From an uncultured Planctomycetales bacterium (lineage in GTDB: Bacteria > Omnitrophota > Gorgyraeia > Aquiviventales > Aquiviventaceae), in contig CAYJTP010000002.1 of NCBI GenBank assembly GCA_964373175.1, positions 40,402-104,401 of the forward strand: a stretch of 64,000 bases of DNA, written 5' to 3'. Shown piece by piece: positions 36,001 through 48,000 of this stretch; the stretch's first letter is position 1, and each line of letters begins with the position of its first letter. The position numbers and the translations under genes are program-made. The notes under the pieces were generated by a model. That model did no database searches and had not been told where the DNA came from. It worked only from the letters and a program-made list of their open reading frames with translations.

Positions 36001-39000
36001 TCACCTCAACAATGATAGATCCAGTGACCAAGCCAGGTGGGTTTTCCGACACCTTGAACAAGCGCATCTTTGTCACAAGCGGTTGGGCTTCTTCGAAGCT
36101 CTTCCGGGCCTTAGCGACTCATGAGACAGCCCACCAGCTCTATCCTGTGGTCCTCACTGGGATCAACCACGATGTCATCTTCGCATTGGGGAACCTGCGG
36201 CTCTTTGAACTTGGCGCACGGGAGCTCGCAGGCTCACCCTTCTTGCCGACGAAAGGTGCGTCCGCTACGAGAGCCTGGGAACTGGGTCAGCAGACGAACA
36301 ATCCTGGCAACGCCTGGCTCTACCTGCGCCTGATCGCGGAAGGCAAGACGCCTGAGGAGGCCGAGGCGATCGTGCGCTCAGGTCGGCCGTCTTCGCAGGG
36401 TATTCAGGGTTCGGCAGCGCAAGCTCAGGGTCAGACCCCCAGCACAAAATTTGGCGATTTTCCCGCACAGGGTCTGACCCCAAGCCTCCCTCAAGCGAAG
36501 CCGAGGAAGCTGACGGAGGCCGATAGTTTGTTCATCGATGCGGAGGCGTGGGTGAATGGCATCCACACGTTCAAGGTCGCGGGTGCTTACCTGCAGGCGG
36601 CAGCGCGTGCATCCCTGCGCGGCTTTCTCCTCAATATCAGAGAAGCTGTGGCAGATCAAATGGCCATTGACACGAGCTTGAGCCAAGTCTATTCCGACGT
36701 GGCCAAGGACGTTGAAGAAGCCCTCGACACAACTGAGCAGTGGGTCAATGCCCCACGAACCGTTCGAGCCATCCGTGCGTGGGTGAAGGAACTCCGTACG
36801 CTTGCTGACCAACCTGACATGGCAGGACCTGTTCCGGATAGCCTCAAAGTCCAGTTGCTTGAACAACTTCAGGGGCAGCTCCGCAGACTTGCAGATCAGG
36901 TTCCGATTCGGCCGTTGCCGAAAGCGCTGCGACCCCTCCGGCCTGAACGACCTAATCCAGACCCGTGGTGGCTTGATGCGCCAGAGCTGAAGCAACCAGA
37001 GCGCCCCGAGGAATTCAAACATCGCCAACCGCAGCCGGATTCAAGCCGCCAGGTTGAGCCGAATCGCAAAGACTCTGGCCGTGATCTCCTCCTGCCGTTG
37101 TTCCTGGGTCTTGGCCTTATGTGGATGGGAGTAAGAGGAAAACACTCATACCCAGGCGACGAAGTGATCAAAGAGTGGATCACGCGATATCAGGCCAACG
37201 CCTCTGCGATCGCTAAGGGTGAGAAGAAACATCGGACCACAATCAGGCGCTGGATCAAGCGTTTTATCCAGAGCGACCCAGCGCAACGTGAGCAACGTCA
37301 ACAATGGGTTGACGCACTTCGAGAACAAAGGGATGATCCAAGGGATAAGTACCCTGGTGATGTTCAGATGAAGGAACTGATCCAGACGTACCAGGCTAAC
37401 ACCTATGCTCTTGCCAAAGCCAAGCACGTCAGTCAGTCCACTGCGTCTGAGTGGATCAACCGTTATATTCGGGGAGAGCCTAGCCAAAGCGGCAAGCGTC
37501 TTGCTTGGGTCAATACGCTTCGGAGACAAAGAGGCGCCCTATACGACCTGTACCCAGGCGATCGTAAGATGGAAAACTTACTCCGCACATACCGGGCGAA
37601 CAGCCGCTTTCTCGCTGAGGTTCTGAATGTCAGTCCCACCACTGTTTGGAGATGGATCAGGCGGTATGTTCAGGCCGATCCTCGCCAACGCGACAAGCGT
37701 TCTACCTGGGTCGAGGCGCTTCGAAGACAAAGGCGTCACGAGCAGAGGGATGAGTACCCTGGCAATCGTGAGATGGAAACATTGATCCGCACACACCAGG
37801 CTAATAGCGCTGCGATTGCTAGGGCTGTGCACGTCCATCGCACCACTGTTTGGAGATGGATCAAGCGTTTTATCCAGAGCGACCCAGCCCGACAGGAAGA
37901 ACGTCAGCAGTGGGTCGAGACACTTCGAAGACAAGTGAGTTACCCAGGTGACTCGAAGTTTGAGCGGTGGGTTTACGAATACGAGGCAAACGGGTTGGCT
38001 ATTGCCAAAGCCACCAGGGCTCATCCTGCAACCATTCACGGTTGGCTCAAGCGGTATATCCAAAGCGACCCGGAACATCGCGCAGCGCTGGTGGACCGTG
38101 TCAGAGCTCTTCGGCCAATCCTTCGCAGATGGAGGCGGTGGTTTACACGCAACTATCAAGGGCTCGGAGAGGAAGCCTACTACCAGCGCACGATCCCCGC
38201 GCTGATCCAACATTGGGGAGAAGACGCTAAACGGCTAGACCAAGCGTTAGGAGTCATTCTCACGAAGGGCCTTGAGGCTCCCCACAACCAGATCGATGGC
38301 TACTTTGCTGAACCCATCCCCGCGCTTCTTGAGGCTCACGCAAAGCAAGACCTCTCAACATTCGAGCGCGGTGTGGATGACGCTGTTGCTAAGCTGCGCG
38401 CAAACCGGACCACAATAAAACGCACGGCACATCTTCAACCAGTCACCCGTCGCGGATCCGGCACCCTCTTTTTTGAGGCGGGCAGCGCGGTGCTGGTGGG
38501 CTCGACGGCGATCGCACTGCTTGCGCTGGTGGTGCCGAATTGGGTTGTCCTTGCTCTTCTTGGCGTGTTCGGGGTGGCGGCTGCGCTCTATACAAAGTGG
38601 GTGATCTGGTTGGCGAAACAAGGGTTCGGACTCTTCACCAACGAGCAGCGTCTTGGCCGTGTGGATTATCCAAGGATTGTGGGCGCTGCTGCTGTCATCA
38701 CGATGGTGACGGCTGGGACACTCAGCATGCCGACGGCTGTGGCGGTTGTGTGGATGGTGCTGCTCTTGAGTGTGCTGTCAGCCCTTTCAGCACATACACT
38801 CCGCAATCTAGTAGAGACAGTCCTGGAAGACCATCTCCCCACCGTTGAGTGGGAATCGCTATCACGGAAGTGGAAACACGACGAGCAGACTATTGATACC
38901 ATTTCCTACGCTGGAAGTTTGATTGGACTGTTCGGCGGGGCTTATCTTTACTCCTCCTTCTTCTTCTTGTGGCTTTTCTATATGATGAGTGGCTTCTATG

Positions 39001-42000
39001 CAGCCAAGGCAGTCTCCAGTGTTATCCTCACGCGGTCCTTCCTTCGTGAGGCGGCGCAACGGTATGGCATGCCTCAGGGTGTCTTCTGGAAATCGATGTT
39101 GACATTCAGCCGCAACAAGGAGGTCGGTCTTCCGACTCTGCAGAAACCGGCTTCGCAAAAACTTCTGCCCCCCCACAATGACGGATCCGGCACCCTCTTT
39201 TTTGAGGCGGGCAGCGCGGTGCTGGTCGGTGGGGCTGCGATCGCGGTGCTGATGCTGTCATTGGGGCAACTGTTTGGCCTGACGGTGTTGGCCGGCTTGA
39301 TGGCGTTAGTCGCTTATCTTAGCAGTCTCACGGTGCATCAACGATACTTCGAGGGCCAATCCGAAGATCATCATCACCTGTGGCAGAACTTCTTGGTCAA
39401 CCGACGTTGGTTTGCGGGTGGGATGAGCCTCGTCTCAGCTAATCTGCCTGTGTTTGTGCTCCGGCAATTTGATGCGCCAGTGGAGTGGCTCAATATGTTG
39501 CCCTATGGGCTCGCGGGGATCTTCGTTGGCTACATGCTGTTTAGTCTGCTCCTGATCCCGCTTGTCCAAAGAGCCAAGCAGCTTGGGTTGACCGAGCGGT
39601 TTGCGGTGACGCTGCAAGATAAGCGCGGGATGCATGTCTTTCCGAACATCAAGATCTCTCAGCTTGTTAATCGCATGCTTCAAGAAACCCCATCCCTTGA
39701 GCGCATCGAGGTCGGCTTTGTGGGGTATCAAAAGACGCTTCGTGTTACGCGAGATGCCCCGTTGAAAGAAAATGACCTGACCATCTTGGCAAGCGAACTC
39801 CCCCAGGATACCCCGCAGAATGTCGTGCGATTCACCGTGGTGGGACACAGTCGTCGTAATCTTGAGCGTGTGAAGCGCCTTATCAAAGGTGGCTTCCAGC
39901 ACATCAACGAGCTGAGCCAGCCAAAGCCCTCTCCTGAAGTCCTCGATCCTGAGCGAACCTGGCAGCAACTCGTGGCGCAAGTGGAACACCTCACCCCAGC
40001 GCAGCGGCCTCAATTCATCGACACGCTCTACCAGGAGCTCATCCTGAATCGGCCCAGACACGCTGTGTCGTCCAAGACCCTTGCACTGGCGCGTCGCAAC
40101 GATACGCTCTTGAAGCGACTGCGAGAGACCGACAACCCTGCGCTTTGGACCGTGTACCAAGGCCTCGAGGACCGTTACGTCGAGCGCGTGAGGGCGTTTT
40201 TCACGCAACGGGTGCGGCCGCTGTCAGCGCAGCTTGATGCGTGGCGCGATTGGCCATCTGGGCCTGTGGCACGGCCGATGAAGGACTCGACCGATCCTGA
40301 GGTTCAAGAGATGTATGGGCGGTTGGTTGAGCTCTTCAAGGGTATTCACGAGACGAGCGTCATCCCACTTGACTTGCATCTGGAGCTGGCCAGGCAGGGA
40401 CTCCTCGGCCCTCAATATCCGCAGGAGTTTGGAGGACTGGGATTGTCAGAGCATGCCTGGGTGCGGCTGGCCGCCGAGAGCGCCAGACACAGCTCCGGGG
40501 TGACGGTCTCGCAGATCAACGTGAACACCGGGATTGTGCTTGACATTCTGAAGGATCAACCCGAGGAGATCAAGCGACAGCGGATGCCTCGCATCTTGAG
40601 AGGGAAAGTCTTCGGGGCGTTCCTCCTGAGTGAGAAAGACGCCGGCTCTCACAACGCCAATCTCAAGAGCCACGCCGAAGACGGCAAGGCGACTGGCGAC
40701 AACGTCTTCATCACCAACGGCATTGTGCTGCCGCCGAATTTCAAAGAGCTCTTGGAACTTGAGGAGGAGATTCTCCGCAAGGAACGAGAGGTCTGGCGTG
40801 GTGAGAAACCGGAGCTTGCCGAGTTGAAGGCGTACCTCGGACAAGTCCGCCGGACGTTTGGGGTCTATCGGGCCATGGAACATCTCGGGATCAAAGCGGC
40901 TTGGACGGTGCCGCGTGGGACGCAGCCTGCAGACGAAGGCATTTCTGCCCTGCTCATCATCCTGAAGGAGCCAGGCACGGTTCCCATCCGCCCAGGTGGA
41001 GGGGGCGACCACCTGCAGCTTGCAGAAGGCGTATTGGTGAAGGGTGAGGATACCGTTGGGCAGAAGGGCTCAGGGACAGCCAGCATGTTCTTCAAGGACG
41101 TTCCGGTCCGAACCGTGATCGGACGATTGGGTGAGTTCCTGAAGGCTCTCCAGAGCGGCCGAGGGACCGTGGGCGCCCACGCGCTTGGGCTCTCCGAAGA
41201 TGTGGAGGGTCTGCTCCGAGAAGCGATAGAGGCTGTCCGCACAGGCAAGCAGCAGGGCGTTGAACCGGATGTCCTGGCACAAGCCGAAGCGTTGTTGGAC
41301 GAGCTGCATTGGCAAAACCGTCTGATGCGGCGCTTCATTGAGGAGACGGCCCTGGCGAAGGACCACGGGGAGAATGTTGTGGTTCGGGCGGCATTGGCCA
41401 AGCTGTTTGCCTCGGAGATGGCTACACGGGCCGCAAGCGAGGCCTACCAGATGGCGCACAGTCTGAACGCCGATTCAGCGCTCATCAACCGACTGGACAT
41501 GCGCTTTCGCGATGCGAAGGTGATGGAGATCTACGAGGGCACGAATGAGATTCAACGGCTCTTCGTCATCACGCCATCGCTCTTGGAGAACACAGACCAG
41601 CAATATCAACACATCCTGGCCATGCTGCGGGAAGACCAGAAGCCAATCACATTCTTCCCGAAGGCACTCAAGGGACTCATCCATCTGCGCAACCAACTCC
41701 TCGACGCCTTTCGCCAAGATCTCCAGCATATCCTTCCTACCTGGGTCATGGCGCGCAGCCCTGAGGACACCGCCCCGACAGTGACGGTGAAGCAACTTGC
41801 GCCCTTTGTGTTGCCCGATGTCGAGATGCGCCTCCTGACACTCGTTGAGGCGTACCATGCCTACCGGGCTGCTACGAAAGACGAGGTTCCGCTCTGGGAA
41901 CGTCACCTCCGCTACCTCATCGAAGAGTTTCTCGGTTTCTTCGGAACAACATTCGCGAACCTTCCGCATGACGCGCAAACGCAACTTGAGGACAAGCTCC

Positions 42001-45000
42001 AAGCGGTGAAAGACACCATCCGGACTTGGCATGTCCAAGAGATCGCCCGATTGATCACGGCGTTCGATGAACCCAAGCGGCCGATGGTGCTGGTGATCGG
42101 TGGAGACGAGCTGTTGACCAGCCGATCAATCGCTGAGCACAAGCCACTGGTGATGCACCAACCAGTCCTTCAGCAGGTCATCCAACGGATGAAGAAAGGC
42201 GATACCATCCTGGTGGGCGGCTACGCGGCCAGCGGCTTCCAGACGGCGCTCGATCTTGGTACGCCGCAGTCCGATGAGTCGGTGGACGAATTCCTGGTGC
42301 GCAAAGAGCGCGAGCTTGCCCCTGGGTTTACTACAAGCGACCTCGGCAAGCTCAACCAGGCTCAATTTGAAGAGGCGAAGGTCGCCTATCGGTTGCTTGA
42401 TCTCGCCCGGCAGCGAGGGGTCGAGGTACGGGTGGCGCAGATCAGCTACACCGAACCAGGGACAGGGCGCTTCAAGTATCATCCGGACCTGCTGGTGGAC
42501 GATCAAGAGCGCTTCATTCACAAGCTCCGGCATGCAAAGACCATCCTCTGGATCGGCCAAGCATTGGGTCTCACAGAGACCGCGACCACGACTGAGATCA
42601 AGCGCATCGCAATGGAACAGGTTGAGAAACGACAGACCGCCATCTACGTCAACGAGAATCCTGACCACCTCGAGGCGGCCCTGCACTTCCTGAACAGCGG
42701 CGGGTCGTTGCCTGAACGCTACCAGGCCCTTGAGCCAGAGGTGCTCAAACTCCTCCGCGGAGAGCCTGCTCAAACCAGAGAAGCGCCTGACACTTCAAAG
42801 ATAGCTCAACTGGCGGTGCTTGGACAGGTTCCAGCCGTTGATCATGCCAGTCGGGATACCTCACAACTAGCGGAATGGGTGCGCAAACATCGAGTTGGCC
42901 GTGTGACCATCAACCCGAACTGGGTTCGAGACGCCATTGTCAGTGGGTCCTACGACGACCTGATCCAGGATGGTCTTGCCAAGGACTATTCGGCACAACA
43001 GATCTACCGGGAAATCGTGGCTAATCTCGTGACTCGTACAGCTAATGTCCTCAGAGAACAGCATAAGGAAAGTCAGGGCCGGGATGGCATGGTGAGCATC
43101 CAGGTGAGCCCTGAAGCCTATCGTTCGGCTGAAGAGATCCTTGAAGAAGCACGGTGGATTTATGAACACACGCCAGAAAATGTGGACATCAAAATCCCTG
43201 CGACCCCCGAAGGCCTCAAGGCCATTGAGCAGGCTGTGGCTGAAGGCATTCGGGTGAATGTGACAAATCTGTTTCCAGATGTGACCTATGACACTGACCG
43301 TGATAAATTCCACGCCGAACAGTATGAGGCTGTGGTTGAAGCGTACCTGAAAGGGTTGGAGCGGTACGTTGAGCGCGTCCGGAGCCAGATGGCTCCTAAG
43401 CAGTTGCAAAGGCATCTTAGCCGGTTAGGTTCAGTCATCAGTATTTGGCTTCGCATGATTGACGACCTTGCGGATTCTCATCTTCCCGTCGAGTGGCGTG
43501 GAAAATTGAGCATCGCACAGGCGAAGGTGCTCTATGAACTTCATGAACGGCTCTTTCAGTCGGAGCGATTTCAACGCCTGGCGGTCCTCGGCGCAAGACC
43601 ACCCCGTCTCTTATGGGCCAATACCCGTGTCAAACCCGAGGTTCATTTTGTCCGATGGCACGGCCAAACTGGCTTTGATGAAACCCGAGAGTACTTCCAC
43701 TACATCGAACCACTCATCGGTCCAGACACGTTATCGACCATGCTTCCTGACACCCTTGAGCGCTACGCTCTCAACGGAGATCCGCAACCGCGGCTACGGC
43801 TTGGGGTAAATGAGGCAAAGCGCGCTGTCAAGGCCATTGCGCAACTCCTAGAGCGTGCAGGGACGAGTGCGCGAGAGATCCATGAGCGTGCAGTGCAAGA
43901 GAGCTTGGTAGCCTTTGGACATGCCGCGCAGCAATCTGTTGAGTATATTCAGCTCTATGAGTTAAGGCCAGCCATCAAAGATGTGATACTCGCGATTGAT
44001 CATCGGCTCAGTGACCAGGGTGGATTGGTGGCGATTGATGGGCCGTCTGCGGGCAGGAAAAACACGTTGGCGAAAGGGGTAGAAGGTCAGTATGAGAAAA
44101 CCCATCCTGGCCGCAGGATCGTTGTGCTAGACCTCGATGAATTGTATGTGTCGCGAGAGCGAAGACAAGCCATTATCAAACGGCTCATAGGAGACCAACT
44201 GACAGAAGCGGAGGAACAGCTGCTCACGGAGCACGACCGTGCGACGATGGAGCCAGGCAAAGACTACCTGCACGAAGAAGAGGTCGTTTGGAAGAACGAT
44301 ACGATCCTCGAGGTGTTGCAGCGGATTCACGCCTTTCTCAAGGCGGGCCATCCAGAAAACGCGGAGCTTTCTTTCAACATTGATGCGTACGATCACAGCA
44401 TTCGACAAACTCACCCGAAGCCTTACACGATCAAACGCGGGGACATCGTGTTGGTCATAGGGAAGTTCGCCAGCCGCGAGCCGCTTGCCCAGTTGTATGA
44501 TCTCAAGGTTCGAGTGCTTGATCATCTCAAGAGCGCCAGGCAGCGCTATGAAGCTCGAGAACGGCAACGGAGAACGTCCGAGGAAGCCGATCGCCTGATG
44601 AAGTTTTACGACTCAGCCCTTGTGCCGAGCTGGGAAGCCTACGACACACGGACCCGGAACCTCATTGACCTCGTTGTTGATCTCGGTAACGCCACAACCG
44701 CCTGGAAAGGCCCGACCAGTCCTCGAGCGCCTCCTGGAGCCCAGTCTTTCGCGAGCCTCTTGAGTGTCCTCGCAAACCCGCTCGTCTTTCTCACCACCTC
44801 ACTGGCGCTGGTCGTGGCGGCATGCACAAAGCCGACGGTGAAAGACTCCCTGGCGAGCCGAGCGCCTCTGGTCCTGACGGCTAGCGACTCTGCTCGCATC
44901 GCGCAGTTGATTGGGCAGTCCCGCGCCACCTATCTGTCTAGAGATTTCAAGGCCGCCTTGAAATTGTTCGAGCAATTGCAATTGCTCGCGCCGAATTTTG

Positions 45001-48000
45001 ACATGTACTACAACACGGGCCTGACCAGATTTCTGCTCGGCCAGCTTGAGCAGGACTCAGGTCGAGCCAAGCCCGCCCACGAGTACTACGAACGCTCCAT
45101 CGCGGATTTTGACACCTCGATTGCCCTCAAGCCAACCTTGGAAGCGTATTACCATCGGGGCCTGGCGTTCTACAACGTGCAGCAGGAAGAGAACGCCATT
45201 GAGGATTTCAAGCAGGCCCTGGCCTTTGAGGAGGCCTCCAGGCTTCCTCCGGGATCGCAGGCAGAGCTCCTGCGTGCCTTAAGCGCCGCGTACGTGGCTC
45301 ATCGCGACTACCAGGCGGCCCTCCTCTACAGCCACCAGTCGCTTGCCCTCAAGCCAACGTTGGAGGGTTATTACTACCGAGGGCTGGCGTTCTACGGTCT
45401 TGGCCAAGAAAGCGATGCACGGGCTGACGAGGCTGTCGATTCGGTTGAGCAAGACGCGGCGTTGCAGGAGGCCTATCAGTCTTATCTGGATGCTGCCGTG
45501 GATCTTGAGGAGGCGCTGGCCTCGGAGGAATTCTCGTTGTTAAGCCCGCGCACGCAAGCTGAGCTGCATCGAGCCCTTGGCGCGACCTCTTTTGCGCTTG
45601 CCGAGTATGGTGAGGCGATCAAGCAGTATGACGAAGCGCTTCGTCTTGATCCTGACAACGCTGAGCTGTACATCAGACGTGCTGAGAGTTATGCCCTTTC
45701 CGGATCGACGTGGTTTGCCATCCAGGATTTCAAGGAAGCGATTAAGCGAGGCGCAGAGCAAGCGGTCAAGGCCTCCCTCGCTAAACTCCGCAGGCTCGGG
45801 ATCGAGATTATCATCCCGATGATCCTCGCGCCGGTGGTCGGCCTCCTCGCCTGGGCGGCGCACCTGTTTGGGCTTGGTGGCGCGGAGCAGACGGCAGGGT
45901 TTGTGCTCAGCATGGCGATACCGATGAGCGTGCCAATCGCGAACGCGATTCGCGCAAGGTGGATCGATGTGCTTCCCGATCATGTGCGTTTTGGCAAGGG
46001 ACCGATTATTGACCAAGCCATTCGCGCGGCGTTCGCTCATGCGATCCAAAATCCTGAGCAAGATGCCGAAGGCGCCATTGTTGACACTGCACAAGCGCTC
46101 GCGGAGGACTTATTACCACCAGGCGCACAGGACAGCTACACCGCGCTCATCCAGCGCGCGCAACACCTGACAAGCGATCCAAGGAAGCTCGTGGTTCTCC
46201 TGCGACAGCCGCTTCTTGAGGCACAAGAGCTTAAGCTCCAGTTCACAAATGGCCGCGATCAGTCCATGCGCTTTTTTTATCGCTTTGATCTCAAAGAGCT
46301 AATTGGACAGCGGAGGAATGGAGATCGGCATCCCCAGAAGAAGCCGATGGGACCAGCAGCCACGGCCAAAGCGGAGCAAATCGCCGTCGCGCTCTGGGAA
46401 CTTCGCGATGAGGTCAAAGCTGGTTTGCTGGATTTTCCACGGTTTAGAAAGTACTTGGTCGTGCATGAACTGCGCAAACGCAAAGGCCAGCAGTTTCTCT
46501 CTCCTTGGACATTAAGTGTTTATCCCCGGCACTCCCAAGCCGTCCAAGAGGCCTTACGAGAGCTGAAGCGTGCGATCGAGGAGCGCCAGGAGCAAAAACG
46601 CCAAGCGGGGCAACTCGTCTACGACTACGTCCACGCGGAGCGGGCTGCCAAAGTGATTGATGAACAGCTCACGCAACTTGAGCAACAACTCGATCGTGGA
46701 GAAAAGCCACGCTACAAAGTCTCAGAGGAAACATTCTCCGGACACATCGATCTCTCCCGCCAAACGCTGGCCAAGCACCTCACGTGGAATCCGGTGTTTC
46801 GTACAAGGTTTGAGTCTTTGCAAGAGAAGACAAAGGATTTCCGCGATTACCTCTCGAAGGTCCTTCAGCGTCTCGCTTCGGAATATCCCGGCCGCTGGTG
46901 GACAGTCAAGAAAATCCGCCAACACGCCCAGATGACTGAGGTCGCTCACGATAAGACGTATCATGATTTGGAGCAGCTTGCCAAAGATCCGTCCTCAGGT
47001 GTGAAAAAGGAACCCAGAGCGAGCCGCAGTCCCTATAAACCCAATCGCTATCGCTTCGTCTCTCAAGGCACAGTCGTCCTTGCGATCCTCCTGCCGCTCC
47101 TCGGCGGCCTGGCCTATCCTCTGCACCTGATTGCGGGGGCAGGCGATGCGTTGCTCAGTGCGGTGTTGCTTGGTGGATTTGCTGGTTTTCTCGGTGTGAC
47201 TGTCTCACTCAAGCAACTGTCGGCGATTTTGCGAGACACCCTGAGAGAAGGATCAGACAAGCTCGTCACCCTCTACTGGTTAGCGAAAACTGAACTGGCC
47301 CTGGGCCATCTCGAGGAAGCCTATACCCGGTCCGCCTCCGGATTGGCCCAGGCCGTTGTCGCCCAGCAAACACTCAAGCTCACTGGTCGGGAACGCGAGG
47401 GTGAGCTGGCAGAGCTGGACAGACAGATCGCTGATCTGGTCGATCTCCACGCCAAGGTCCTCTTGAAACGAAGACACCACGACGATGTGGATCGCGCGAT
47501 CGCCATCTTATCCCAGGCGGTGAAGGACCACCCCGAGGCCTTCTTCCTCCGGATCACCCTCGCGAAGGCCTACGAAACCAAGACCAACACCCCAGGTCTC
47601 CACGAGAGCGACCGCCGCTTTGCCTTGAAGCAAGCGGAGGCGACAATCCGCAAGGCCGTTAAGGACCTCTCGACGTCCCCACAGTATTCCAGGATCGCTG
47701 AATCTTACGCGAACCTCCCCGCCTGGCAGGACCGAATTGATGAGGCGATTCACGTGCTGAGTGCCGGTGGGCGCCATGTGAAACGGCAGTTTCGAGGAAA
47801 TCGGTTGATCCAGCAATTGTTCTCTCACCTCGTCAGGCTTCGGGATGGCACACGGCGTTCGGGTAAGGCCGAGACAATCCTCAAGCTTGCCGTCGGATTC
47901 CTCAGCCTCAGACTCCTTGATTTGACCGTGCAAGCCCTCAGCCACGGTGCCTCTAAGAACATGGTATCTGATACCATTTCCCAGGCGACTCTCTTCAGGC

